A stretch of DNA of 61,753 nucleotides, the filler included, from Choristocarpus tenellus KU-1152 (lineage: Eukaryota > Protista > Phaeophyceae): NCBI GenBank assembly GCA_964200185.2. It is 10 parts of 10 records of this genome, joined end to end, with 100 filler letters (N's around TTAATTAATTAA, not from the genome) between each part and the next. Parts side by side here need not be neighbours in the genome. Positions count along the whole stretch, not along the records: positions 25,976 to 32,245 come from CAXNAD020008520.1; positions 32,346 to 39,003 come from CAXNAD020007633.1; positions 39,104 to 46,720 come from CAXNAD020005867.1; 7 more parts are not named here. One strand, 5' to 3'. The notes beneath the pieces are model-generated. The model made no database searches. It had not been told where the DNA came from and saw only the letters and a program-made list of their open reading frames with translations. Shown piece after piece: positions 26,408 to 39,376 of this stretch. The stretch's first letter is position 1. Every line of letters starts with the position of its first letter. Made by a program: the position numbers and the translations under genes.

Positions 26408-26631
26408 TATATGGATATATATATATATACTGAGGGAGGGTGCACACTTCTGGCAGCACAGCACGTCGTGTCTCAAAAGAAAAAATCGAATCAAGCCACT
26501 GTACATTTTCAAGACTCAATAGAGGAAAAAAGAACTTGAATTTTTTTTTTTATTTAGAAAAAAGCTTTTATAAACTTTAGAGTTGGGTCTCTAGGATGCT
26601 GACAAAATATGTGTTCAAAATTCGTTTGTTT

Positions 26632-26634
26632 TGT

Positions 26635-26685
<51 letters not shown>
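26632..26685. repeat. (GT)n microsatellite
   Basis: Direct reading. Confidence 0.95.
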
Positions 26686-26688
<3 letters not shown>

Positions 26689-26978
26689 GGTTTTTTTTTA
26701 CAAAAGTGTATATAGGGCGCTTTCTGAGTCGTATCGGGAAAGGCTTCAAACCACAGAGAAGTAGATGCTCTCAAGTCAGTCTAACCTTGAAAAAACTTCA
26801 TCTATAAAAATAAATAAAACTATGGGCAAGCCACAAAAGATCCGGAAAAAAAACAAGGCTTAAGATGAAAAAAACAAAAACAAGACCTGGGTTACCACCT
26901 CTCGTTTACTCTGACAGTATTACTCCCAAGTATACACAAGAAATGAACGGCTCCACCCTATACTGCGCTTCTTACTGC

Positions 26979-27060
26979 ACCCTAACCCTAACCCTAACCC
27001 CAACCCTAAACCCAACCCCAACCCCAACCCTAACCCTAACCCTAACCCTAACCCTGACCC
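26979..27060 (-). repeat. Degenerate interstitial telomeric array (CCCTAA)~13
   Basis: CCCTAA/CCCCAA units; followed by (CAA)n at 27093-27120. Confidence 0.9.
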
Positions 27061-27176
27061 ACGTTCACCCTCGTCAAAACTTTTTGCAAGTTCAACAACA
27101 ACAACAACAACAACAACAGCACCAACTGACTGCGCTCTGTCAACCCTAACCCTACTCAAGCCCGTCCCTCACGCCT

Positions 27177-29438
27177 CTACGCACAATCGGCACATCCCCT
27201 CGCAAGTCTCACCTCATCCAACCCCGCGTTGCTCGAGGGGCCTTCCCACAAGTCTGCCAGAATTCCTGCTTGCAATGACCCCCCCCACGCCATCTTCACT
27301 TGACGTGAACGGGTTCCCCGGGGGGCACCCCAATCCAACTTCACGCTAGCTGACGCCCCCGTTCCTGCTCTTCCTGTTTCCTTGCCCACTCCCATTTCTT
27401 GCTTCATTCCTGCCAAGACCTCTGACATTTCTGGTAACACTGATGACGTTGCACCAGCAAATGCGCTGGTCTTGCCCCCTGCTGCTGCCTCTGCTTTCTC
27501 TTCTCCATATCGTTCTCGGGGTTCAGTTCCAGGCTGCGTCCATACCCTCCCACTTCCTCTGTTGTTGTGGGCATCAAAATTCAAAAGATGCCTTCGTCCT
27601 GCCAATCTCATCCTTCCTGCTCCCTCTACAACCTCTGTTTCTCCACCCTCTTCCGGTTGTGCATTGATCTCTTCTCCTCTGCGCGCCCCCCCTCCTCCCT
27701 GCATACCTTGCCCTATCTTACACCCCGGCCCTCCACCCACCCACTGTGTACGCTGGACCCCCATCACTGATGGGGAGTCATTGACGGATGTCACTGTCTC
27801 CCCAAGACCCACGGAAAGCCTTGTCACTGCAACAACGGCCCCTCCACACTTGCGATCACCACTAGGGAGTGTGGCACGGGCAGTGAGTGGTGAAGATGGG
27901 AAAGTTGCGATGCTTGGCGATTTGATATCACTTGCTGTGGTTGGTCGTTTTCTTGGTCTTTGTGGAGACCCCCGACTTCCTCCTCGCAATGTGACTGGAG
28001 CCCCTTCAAGCACGGCTTTCCCTTCATTCCCCCCTCCAACACCTCGCACTCCCACCTCTCTCGATAATCCACCGCTTCCCCTTTTCAAGCCTGGGGCTAT
28101 CCTCATGCCAGACAAACCACGAGAAGATCGGTGGCCTCCAGGGTGTTTTTTGTATAGATTTGAAGGGTACAGACCAGACTCTGTGATAAGACCTGCAGAC
28201 CAACATTTGTAGGTGAAGGAGGGTATGCTATAAAGAGGGACGGTTAAGTCAGAGTGTACAGTAGTAAAGCTAGTTCTGAGTCGGTGGTGACCTGAAGAAC
28301 TGCTTCCAGTGAGTTTAGTGACAGAATGGAAGGCACAGTACAAACACTCTAGAACTTTACTACGAAGCGCCAATCTTGTGTTGATACAATAGCAATCAGC
28401 ATTAGATGTTGGATTATAAATACTTCGGAAAACCTCTGAAGGTGCAGCGGTGAAGACCAAGGATTTCTTGACAAGGCGTATAAGGGAGATAAGAAGACCA
28501 CATGGAGGTATCTAGGGGCAATATTTTCTCTCACGATGAGAATACCCTGTGTGTTGTTTCTTCATTGATAGTGTCATATCTCTTGCCTCGAGTGGTAACT
28601 ATTGTTATTTCTATGTGTTAGATAGGGATGCAGTTTGCGTCATGATGTGCATTGTGTGTCCCAGATGGCACCTTGTCTCCTCAAGTTGCTATCTATGCGT
28701 GCTGAGTAGGTCTGGTGTGCCAAGTTAACACCAGGAACAGAAAGTCGACTTACCCTCATCCGTAATCTCGATGATATCGGCAAAGCATGCAGCAACCGAA
28801 GACTTGTGCAGGTAGGCCTGCAGCATGGGAGAAGCGAGCAATCCGTTCATTCGACAGATCTGATAGAGATGAGTGAGAGCACCCTGTCTTTTTTTTAAGA
28901 AGTGGTGCCAAAGAATTTCAATGTATCCATAGAAGGTGGGCCAGGTTGTCCTGTACGTCTTGATGGTGTGAAGATGATATATTTATCAGCATATCGTGTT
29001 CTCCACAACGATCAATCATGGAGGGCATGGATATGTGTACTTCGTGCTTACAAATTGTACTATACGGATCTACAGGCCTTGTCAAATCATTCCGCTTTTC
29101 AAATCATTCCGCTATGGTAGAAAACCATATTATTGTAGAATGACTTCAGCTGGTGGAACCTACAACGAGGGGCATAACCTCCCCATTCAATATGTTCTGA
29201 AGAAAATCCCAAAGGTAGGTGTTTTGGTAAGGAATAAAGTCTAAAGGTCGTAGCCTCCAGTACAACCACTTTTCTTTTGATGAAAAGGCGACGTGCATAA
29301 GAACATACCAATCAGCTGACTCACCCTAAAGTTCGTCAGCTTCTGCGCAGCCTTCTTGGAGGTAGTGTGGGCCTCAGTGCTAGAATTCAAAGTAATGCGC
29401 ACGCCCTTATCCTTCACGGTTTGAAGTGCTATCTCCTT
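27177..29438 (-). CDS. Uncharacterised multi-exon gene with a long Gly-rich low-complexity last exon (model incomplete)
   Basis: 427-codon open frame 27177-28460; clean phase-0 exon 29438-29325 (cacag|KEIALQ...NFR|gtgagt); further donor gtaagt at ~28753. Intermediate exons could not be phased. Confidence 0.5.
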
Positions 29439-29883
29439 CTGTGAGGGATTAGGTTAGGCTTCAAGGTCAAACGCCCCGAAGTCGGGCATATTAGGATGCA
29501 TTGTGCAAAGTCATGGTCTGATATAAGGGGGCAAGCTTCACAACGAATGGTGGAATATAACACCAACAGGAAGCACAATTAGCGTGGTCCCTCATTAGTC
29601 AATGAGGTCTTACAATATGTTTGTGGTCGTACGCCCCCCTCTCTCCAAGTGTGTCGACCTTATTCTTCATGTATCAAAGCCTCCCGTATTTCTAATCAAG
29701 TACCGATGGACATGGTGCTCGGATAGTTCAGACATGAAACGCCAATTTTTTTTTCCAATTTGTGTTCATGTAGAACTTGACATTTAGTGTAACATTTGAT
29801 CGAATGTGAAAGTAAGAAACCAAACCTGACCTTCACTGCGAGCTGGAACCATAGGGAGCAATCCCAACCACTCCCCTTGTGCA

Positions 29884-31644
29884 ATGAATCCCACTCTCTC
29901 CAAAAGTATACTCTTTGCTGTGATCACGCCAGCTCTTGGTTTCTTCAACCACGGAACTATTACACTTTGCAAAATATCTGGTCCTCTGCAACTTGATGCG
30001 CATCGGACATATCATGCTCGAGACCACAACAGTATAGTCACTGGCAAACGATCGATATTGTCTCCCTGCTGTGGGAGCGCTTCTGATGCTAGAGACGGGT
30101 TGGCCTCGACGACAACAAAACGAATGCAAGATATAGTGGGAGACCCGATTTTGCGAAAAGTTGCTGTACCTTTGGCCATATCAAGCGCGCTGCTGGGACC
30201 CAATCTCGATAACTACCACTCGGCGTTCGGCGTACTTAGTTATACCAACCCTATCAAGATCATGGCTGGCGGGGTTACCCTACTGACGACAGATTGGTGG
30301 TGAGAATGCCATCCAAGTATGCTAGAAGTATGCTTGTTGTACGGAGAGGTATGTTGATATTTGCACCACCCTCTCTAAGTTGGACAACATGCTCACCCTT
30401 TTCCTTTCGAAACGTGTGGTTTGACGAACCTTATCCTATTAGCTGGAGAAGTACGTTCACCTTGTACATTTACCTGCAAATCGTATGCTCTCTTCGCAGG
30501 GTTCCCCCCCTTTTCGCTGTGGCTGGGGTAGGCATTGGTCTCCTTTATGTCGGTTTGGACGAGGTAAGGCCATGCTGCTTAAATTTTGATGCCACTGTTA
30601 GAACTAACTCACTGCAGCCGCATAGGAAGGTTTCGAATTTCCTCTGTTGTGCCCACAGGTGGGTACAACTGCTTCTGCTTCACCCAGACAAGAGGGTAAT
30701 TGTAGTAACTATCTTGAATCGAGGTAGACTCGACGCCTCATATCCCTTACATTGCCTTATCCTGGCCTCACACACCTCGCCCTTGATCCTGAATGAACAC
30801 AATCGAACCAATCCTAAATCTTGCTCGCATCCTCTCTGCTAGATCTGCCCTCGACGTCCACTCCCGTATCCAAAGAAGTACTGGGGGGTTTCGTTCTGAT
30901 TTCACCCGTGTTCCCACCCTTGAATTAGGATCCACCTCTCTACATCTCCATATTCTGGGACGACGAATCTCCATGACAATTTTTTAGAAGCCGTGGCACT
31001 ACCGTACCTCAACCCCAACATCCCCCGTGCCTTCCCAAACTTACCAGTTCCTCAACACGCCTCCGTCCGATCGAAGTCCAGTGTGGGGAAGCGTGTTGGT
31101 TGCCATCTCTTCCTTCAGCTTTCAGGTGGGATTCTTCACCTTTTGCTCGAGAGTCCCCTTGGTGTATGTATTTTTCTTCTCTAGATATCCCCCTCCCCCA
31201 CCACCCCGTTCACCTCTTAGTTCCATTCACCTACACAGCTACCAATACCATGTAAAGGAGTCCCTGTGTCCAAACGGGTTCCTGAGATTGCGACACCTTA
31301 GTGCTCTCTTAAGGGTGTTAGCGATAACGGCAGTCGAAAAATTGGCAACAAACTGTGCCAACTGATTCCTTGCTAACAGGATAAGAGAAAGAGAGGAGGG
31401 AAGGGTCGCTCATCTCCAGCAGGCATCTTAATCACGCTGTTCCGAACCAATTGGTCACCCTAACCCTAACCCTAACCCCTTGCAGTATTACCTCAGTGGA
31501 CTCTTGACTTCAGTGGGATGCCCCTCATGGCTGCTCTGGGGCTGTCTCCTGGGCATCTCTGGACTGGTATATTCCAACTTTGACAACACTAGGGTCGGGC
31601 TCATGGTATCTTTAATCACTGCTGTTCTTGGCCCCCTGATTGAG
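29884..31644 (+). CDS. INSIG-domain-like membrane protein, probably plastid-targeted (3' part off contig)
   Basis: Exons 29884-30299, 30500-30563, 31048-31125, 31486-31644 are in phase. Motifs LGPNLDNYHSAFGVLSY, TDWWVPPLF, FDNTxxG...TAVLGPLIE. N-terminal signal peptide ends ALG-F. Confidence 0.75.
31458..31479 (-). repeat. (CCCTAA)3 at intron branch-point position
   Basis: ccctaaccctaaccctaaccccttgcag|exon. Confidence 0.85.
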
Positions 31645-32245
31645 GTGACAAGAAGTGGGGAAAGAACAAATTGACATAGATTGAGACTCACCCATTTAAT
31701 GGATTCTCTTAGGGACACTCAACGCTATCCGCTGGCGTGCTCTCACTGTCTTCTTCTTCTTCTTGTTCCTTGGGAGGGTGTTCAGTGGGAGGGTGCTCTT
31801 TCTCGTTGTCACGCAGTCGGCACGCTCCATACCTGATGCGTTCCAACTCTTGTCTTGTCTAATCAAACGAGACTTCAATGGTAAACTACTCCAGAGTGCT
31901 AGTGCGTAACTACTGCGAACTGGGTGTGGGGTGGTCGAACGGACTCTTTGTCAATGGGGTCATTACTGGTCATTACTGGAGGTTTATATATATATATGTT
32001 CTCATGCAAAGTCTAGATTCAGGGGGTCAAAAAATGTTCTCGATTACCCCCGGGGCCGGGTCGTGGGGATCGATCGGGTCATCGGACCACACGCACACCC
32101 AATATATTTATTTATGTATTTATTTATTTATTTTTGTGCATCGAAAGAGGAACAGTAATGAGCAGAAAAAAGGTATACCTTACGGGTGACTGAAAAAAAA
32201 AAAGAACCGAAATGGGAGGGGGGAAAGAGGAGTAAGGGGAGATTC

Positions 32246-32345
32246 NNNNNNNNNNNNNNNNNNNNNNNNNNNNNNNNNNNNNNNNNNNNTTAATTAATTA
32301 ANNNNNNNNNNNNNNNNNNNNNNNNNNNNNNNNNNNNNNNNNNNN
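32246..32345. other. Artificial contig-joining spacer
   Basis: N44-TTAATTAATTAA-N44. Confidence 0.99.
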
Positions 32346-35294
32346 GTCCTCGGCCGAAACAGTGTGTACATTGGCGTTGATCAGCTGCAAAAAAAAAAGG
32401 CGACATGGAGATGGATCTAGTCACCCACAAGGCAGTCCCTTGCTTTCTGGACACAGCAAGGATGGACTGCTCAAAGGACTTGACTACATTTCCCTACACA
32501 TCACAAACGAAACCCTAAAAATAATATACAAGCAGAGGACAACGAAGGGTGGACGGAACACAGGCAATGACAGTGGAGCTCGGCAGGAGGGGAGGATCTT
32601 ATACCTGAAAATGTTACTCCCTCAGCTCCATGGCCTGGCCAAGATAGACTCGTGTATTACTCTACCCTCCTTATCGAGGCTCCAGGCAGGGCCAATGTTG
32701 CCAAGGAAAACAACAGGTTCAACCTGCCACCACGGTAGAATGCTCAGATATTCCGTTGAACGCTGACACGGCTTCCTGTTTTGACAGTTGAGATAAACGC
32801 TGACAGTCACGGGCGTGCCCTAGAAGACTGTTGATGTATAGTACTTGATACAATTTTTAATATCTCATTTGCCTATCTCATTTGCCCACACGGCTACCCT
32901 TTCTGTAATAGTCTCTCTCTAGTAGGACTGAATTACTTGGTAAATATTCGAAGTGAGTAGGTAGGGTCCTCTCTACTACTACTTCCACTAACGCAATCTT
33001 AACAACCCTACTTCCAGAAGTCCCAAACGTCTCTATATCTTCCTATATACTTCCAGGTGACAAGTCTATAAAACTAGACTGTACTCAGGATGTTCTCCGG
33101 AATACTGGAAATATCATTTCTGGAAAAGAATGGTTTCAAGTGACTCCTCCTTTATTTCACTCCGTACCTGGTGCTTCCATTACCTCCAATACAAGTTGTA
33201 GAGCATCAAATACGAACATGGAATGCCTATGTTCAGTGCCGTGCTGTAGGGCTGAGGAGGGTGCAACTCCTCCACTGTACTTGGAGAACAGAGTAATCGT
33301 ATTGCTCTGCCGAGCAACAGCAGTGAGTCTCATCAAGATGGATGAAACGGTGGAGCATACCTTTGCTTTTTCTGGATAGTACAACGACTGACTCCTCAGA
33401 GGGAAGGGCTTCCCTCGTATGAACTGCCAGGCGCAGTGACACAGCCAGGCCCTCCCACTGCAATTCATCATGGTGGACTGCTGGAAGGGGGACTTCCTAC
33501 CATATGGGGAAACTACATATCAAGGGCAGTAACTGCAGGGTCTGTGAACTCCTTCCTCCACGTTCTTCGCCTCTTTCAAGCAAAGGACACTCACCCAGTG
33601 TTGATTTGCAACGACTGCTACAGTGGCAAGACTATATTGAGCAGTACAGACGGCTCCCGCAGAGAAATGGCACTCGCCTCAAACAATGTCAATGTCCATG
33701 ATGAGGGGGATACTTCATTGAGCCAGTGCAACAGGTGTTCCTTGGTACAGTTGGACATGAACGTGTTCCAACATCTGACGTTTTGGTCTCAAGAGGGTAT
33801 TGGTGGTGGAATTGTTGAAGAATTGCCTTGTCTTCCACGGCGCAATCATGTTCTAGATCATTCTTGTATGCCTGCAGTACCTTCACAGCCTCTGGCCAAT
33901 CTTTGCCAGTAACAACATTCAATTGAATTGCAATAAAAATAAACTTTGCTAAATACAAACATTCATCCAGTAATATTTCAGTCTTCCCTAAACTCGCTGA
34001 ACTCCTCTCCACAAAGATCGATTCAATTCTACATGTATTGACATATATTCTGCTTCTTGTCACAAACATCCATAAGCCCCTTGCCCAGGAAAATCCTAAC
34101 CATCCCGAAGATGTGTAAGATATGTATGGAAGCACATGTGGCATATGAACGTTGCTGGCAGGTGTGAAGAAGTTCCATGTTTCTATATTATTATGCCCTC
34201 TGGTATTTTGGAGATGTGTCAGGAGTCCCATTATCATACTTTTAAGGTGTGAAAATGCCCTTCTTGTTTGGATGTTTTTGTCATACTATCGATTCTTTTT
34301 CAGTCTAGTGGCGCCAAGTACGCGCAAACACAAAGTGTGGACGGAAAAAGCTTGCTACTAGCGAGTCTGGAAGTATTCATACATAAGCATAACGAAAACC
34401 TTACCCACCACGTATGCTATATCGCGTATTAAACATTTGAGACACCCTTGAAATCGGACACCCAACTGCAGTTATGATGTTTTGCTCAACACTCTTTGCC
34501 TCCCTTCCACTTATTCATCTACATTCTAAATACAATCTTCTTATTCGTTGGGGGGGTCCCAGATCCATGGTTGTAAATGCAGTCCAAGCAATTCAGTATG
34601 AATGAGTTGGCAAATAGGACAAGTAAAAGATAATAAAATAGTGAAAGAACAAGCAAGAAAAGAAGACAAGAATAGAAAAACACTGATACGAACTCCTAGT
34701 TGAATGCATTACCACCGACAAAACCTATCTCACGTCAGATCTATCGAGGTCAACAGAGGATCTATCGAGTCTTCACCAGGAGGGTATCTTTGTATAGGAC
34801 AACTTCTGTAGAAATATGCACAATACCAGTGACCATCGAACTTTAAATATCTGTTTGTAGGGAGTAAATGTTTTCAGCAATAATATAATAATACAAAATG
34901 TTAGTGGGGATAAATGAAAAAAATGCTGGTGCAGTATTGGCAGTTGCGAGATTACTAACCTCCCATACAACCCATCATGACTCGTTCTCGACCACTCAGG
35001 AAAGGGGAGTTCGGGTGTAGCTAGAGCTTATTGACTCTTGTATCCCTTGTTAGGGAATCTTGTTTCTTCTGGCCCTGGCCAAGGTTCTATAGTGATGAAG
35101 GTAGTTTTTTGTTTGGTAGTTACATTGGTAGTGTGTTTTCTTCACGCTTGAATCGTCAGCTTTCCCTGGCAACAATGTAACGAAGGCTGGAGGTCTCCCT
35201 TCCTTACCATCAGATGAACGAATAAATTTGTGAGTCAGGTGTCACAGTTCCAGAGTGCCATTTCGCATTTACTGCAATCAATCTGTGAGTCAAA

Positions 35295-35757
35295 GAGTGA
35301 AAGTATCTTTGAGGGTGGATTTTTTTCCCTGTTTGTCCATTTGGGGCTTGCCTTCCCCCTGTTTTTTAATGGCATTTTACCTGCTCCAAAATTGTCTTAG
35401 AGTAGGTAAAATGGCAATAAAATCCTGTGAGAAAGCCAAGCCCCAAATGAACAAAAAGGGAAAAACTCGTGAATGAAAGTATCTTAGAGGGTACGAGTTT
35501 TTCCCTGTTTGTCCATTAGGGGCTTGGCTTCCCATGGGTTTTTATTGACATTTTTCCTACTCCGAATTGTTTTGGAGTATGTAAAATGTGTATATTATGA
35601 AAGGTATGTATGTCCGGAACAAGGATATTGATATTCCCTAACAATATGATAGCCAAAAATGACATCAAAATTGCAACATTGGTTTTGGCCCCCAAATGGA
35701 CGCGGCTCTACCCTCTAAGATGCTTTGACTCTCGTACCCTCTAAGATACTTTCACTC
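35295..35757. mobile_element. Symmetric (fold-back) MITE A variant, interrupted by a nested MITE A
   Basis: Both ends are GAGTGAAAGTATCT-type; arms mirror around the hairpin near 35375-35412; right arm split at TCGT. Confidence 0.85.
35471..35731 (-). mobile_element. MITE family A copy nested in the fold-back variant
   Basis: Complete TIRs; 4-bp TSD TCGT at 35467-35470 and 35732-35735. Confidence 0.92.
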
Positions 35758-36960
35758 CTATACATTCTACAACCAACTGCAAATAATAATGAAGATCACA
35801 AAGTTCAACGCTTTATATCAACGTGTGCGAGGATGAGTAGACCATGCAACAACTTTGGCAATGCACTAATATACACCCAATCAAATAATCTGACCTCAAC
35901 TCAGCCTCATTTCCCACTTAATTAGACGACAATCCAGATTCTAGACCACTAATGTGCACGGAGGTATGTCCCATTGGTGACATAGAACGCAACATCAATA
36001 TCATCTGATTCAAAAGCACAACACCAACCCTTCAACTTCAACCTTCTACCCTTCCATCCTACATAATTGTCTGGTTTTGTGTGTTATTATGGCAGTGTCT
36101 GGTTTCGTGTCCCTTGTAGAGAGGTGGACGTCTAATACCCACTTCCGTGTGCGGACCTGTAAAAATCCCTGATGTCGGAGTTGCTTTTAATCTTCGTCTC
36201 TTGATATTACATGAATCAGACAGCCACAATTGCAATTCACCAAAAAAAATCAACGTCAACATGTAACCCCCACACCTATGAATGTTGAAAGGATACGCTT
36301 GTTCTGATGATCCTCCTGTATCACATCGCCAATCTCGTAGTTTCAATCTAAATCACCCCCTCACTCTATCCACATTCCTTCCATGTCAAGTAGGACCAAC
36401 CCACCTATGGTTATTATCTGAATCCAATATATACTACCAGAGGATTGAAGCAATCATGTGGAAACAGAGGAGCTTTGGTTTTGGTTTTGGTTTGTGTTTC
36501 TTTCTTTCCTCTGCCTGAATTGCTTCGATTTCAAACCTAATTATTTCCACGTTGTTTGTATTGAACTTCCCAACTAAATACAGAGATGCCTAACCCTAAA
36601 CCTCGTATATCCCTCCAATTCATCAAATAAGATGTAGGGGAGGGTTTGGCGTTAATCATACAGCAACTCCAACATTGGAAATCACATACACTACATTCTG
36701 TTTCACACAGGTATATCTTATCTCTGTTCGTTTCAAGTCGCGAGTACTCCTGTTAAGGGAAACGTTCAATTTATTGGTTTTTTCGCAAATAAACTTGCCT
36801 CATCAGCCCTCCCTGCCACCTCCCACCACTACCAGGTACGTACATCTACGTACCTGCCAGGTTGGAGATATTCCTGTTCTAGTTCGCTAATAAGGCTGGA
36901 CGCAGGATCTTGGATTGGCTAGCTGATAGCTGCTCTACCCTCTACGACTTGGCGAGCAGG

Positions 36961-38040
36961 ATGGGGACTAGCAAAGGTCCATCACTATTGACAACTTCAG
37001 GTTCCTTTGTGGAGAGGACAATGGGGGCACTGGCGGTGACAGTCTTTTCCTCCTGCTACTACTACTCTTTTCTATATCCAATAACTGTGCTGGTAGCCTT
37101 CTTTGCCATGCCCTTAACCTTTGCGGTTGTCTTCGCAGCACCCCTGTTCCTCTCCATCGTCGTGCCAGCAAAGAGACTTCCTGGGGTGCTCGCGTCCCCA
37201 TTCTTCAAGTGCGCACTAAAGTACCACGATTTCGAAGAGGTACGACCATTCTAGAAGGGAAGTCCAACTGTTAACAGAAGGTGGCTCCAGGGTAACGGGT
37301 TGGGCATGTTGCCATCCCCATACCTTCTTACCCTACCCAGTCCTTCAGATAAATTGCGAGTGTGAGGGCTGACTATAGAGAGTTCAAAAGATCAACCTGA
37401 AGAAAAGTACCGTCCTGTTTGTCCCAACACATTCGTTACCGTTGCTCACTATCCTAGGGTGGGAATGGCCAGAGATGGTACTGAAGAGTACCTTCACCTC
37501 GGGCCTACTTCATGTTGTCCCCTCTCCCACCTCTCCTCACTCCCTTGGAACTGATCCATCACCCAACCACCTTAAATGCCTTTTTTTGATCATCTCTAAT
37601 GGGGCATATTGACGTCGAACACTGAGCAGGTACTAGAGACTCCCCGAGAGGAGCTTGACAAGCTAGAGGCGGAGAGGCGACTAATCTACGCTGTGCAACC
37701 GCATGGTGTCATGTCTGTGGCTGGGATCTGCTATGCCATCTATCAGGCGCCTCGGCCCACTCCACCGACGTGCGTCGCAAGTGTCATCCTCCAGGTTCCC
37801 ATCTTGAAGCACGTCTTCGGTAGCTTTGGCCTGATCAGTGCGTCTAGCCGGAGTCTAGCACGAGCATTGTCAAAGACCAGTGTCGTGCTGTACATCGGAG
37901 GTATGGCGGAGCTGTTCCTCAGCACCCCCCACGAAGAGCGCCTTTACGCTGCTAAGAGGAAAGGCTTCATCAAGATGGCCATGCGGACAGGGACAGATGT
38001 AGTGCCGAGTTACTACTTCGGTAACACTACAGTCCTCGAG
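36961..38040 (+). CDS. DGAT2/MOGAT-family acyltransferase (3' exons not in contig)
   Basis: Exons 36961-37239 and 37630-38040 (phase 0). N-terminal TM segment, QPHG, YIGGMAE, KRKGFIKMAMRTG, VVPSYYFGN. Confidence 0.9.
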
Positions 38041-38928
38041 GTGTGTTTGTGCGTGTGAATAAATGTGTATGAGAGCATCTTGGTGTCCATGTGTAGAAGA
38101 GGAAGGGGTTGCAAATAGCTTGGGCCTATTGAGATGTTTTCCCTGAAATCCTTTTTGTTATGAACAAGGATGGCAGGTTTACTCCCCCAGCTCTTTCTAT
38201 GGTTAGATAGGTAACTGCTTGACTGACTTTTTAGACCTGGATCTCGGCACATTAGATTCGAAAGATTGATAGTAGTTTATTGTTTGGGCTTTGGCACGTG
38301 CAGCATGCACATGACAGGTCAACCAGGCTAATGCCCCACCCAAGAAGAACTTGATAGGGGCCCTTCATTCCACTCTCCCACTTCTTCTTGAAAGAATAGT
38401 TTAATAAGCAGATGCATATATACATACACATTGAGAAAAAGACCACACCTGCCACTTCACCATGTCTCCACAAATAAAGAGTTCCCATTGCATGTTGAAA
38501 ACTGTAAACACCTTGCAATGCCCTGCGTGCGGATTGCTAGAATGATTAGATGCCGATTCTCAATGGTATCTCTTGCTGTATGTCGATCAATTCAGTTGAA
38601 TACAGCTGAGTATTGTAGGAGCCACTTCGCTGTTGATTCTACGTCTTGATGTTTGTTGAATTGCATACGAATGCAATTCATAAAAATGCTCTAGTACAAG
38701 AGACAGATTTTGACTTGAATTACGGTTCAACAGTCGTCTTTTCGGGTAGAGGTGTCGCCAACATTGGCAATGACATGTACAGATTAGGAGTTGATATACC
38801 TCTCCCCTCCCTCAAGTCTATCTCTGCTTGATATAGTTGCTGAGGAGAGGAAGGGGTGTGTGGGTTGGTGAGAAGGGCTGCTATTCTCAGTCTATCGCTG
38901 TTGTGCTGAAAAAGTGAGAAAATCTATT

Positions 38929-38959
<31 letters not shown>

Positions 38960-39003
38960 ACAAAGTGAACCTTCACAACCTCCTGCCGACACACAACGGT
39001 CAC

Positions 39004-39103
39004 NNNNNNNNNNNNNNNNNNNNNNNNNNNNNNNNNNNNNNNNNNNNTTAATTAATTAANNNNNNNNNNNNNNNNNNNNNNNNNNNNNNNNNNNNNNNNN
39101 NNN
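39004..39103. other. Artificial contig-joining spacer
   Basis: N44-TTAATTAATTAA-N44. Confidence 0.99.
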
Positions 39104-39376
39104 GGGGAGGGGCATCATTTACAACCGCACAACGCCCAATTCACCCCCCTCCCTCCCGAACACCTATAACCCCAAACCAGGAAATAAAAATTAAAAAGCA
39201 GTGCAAAAAGGGTACCCCTTCACCCAACCCAACAAAACAATGGGACATGAAGTACAAAGTGACAGTTACACATCAACTCCAGATTACAAGTCCGTAGAGT
39301 GAAGGCGTATCGCAACACAAGACAACCAAACAGACACACAGGGGGGCAGGCCATGATATACAAACCACTTCTGCAC

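Noticed and set aside
26865-27159. ORFs with TLTLTL, polyQ and GLGLGL tracts
   Set aside because: Translations of telomeric and (CAA)n repeats.
27382-28212. 276-aa Pro-rich plus-strand ORF
   Set aside because: Probably the antisense shadow of the longer Gly-rich minus-strand exon; nearby splice signals are on the minus strand.
33157-34237. Stack of 60-180 aa ORFs on both strands
   Set aside because: No recognisable motif and no consistent exon phasing.
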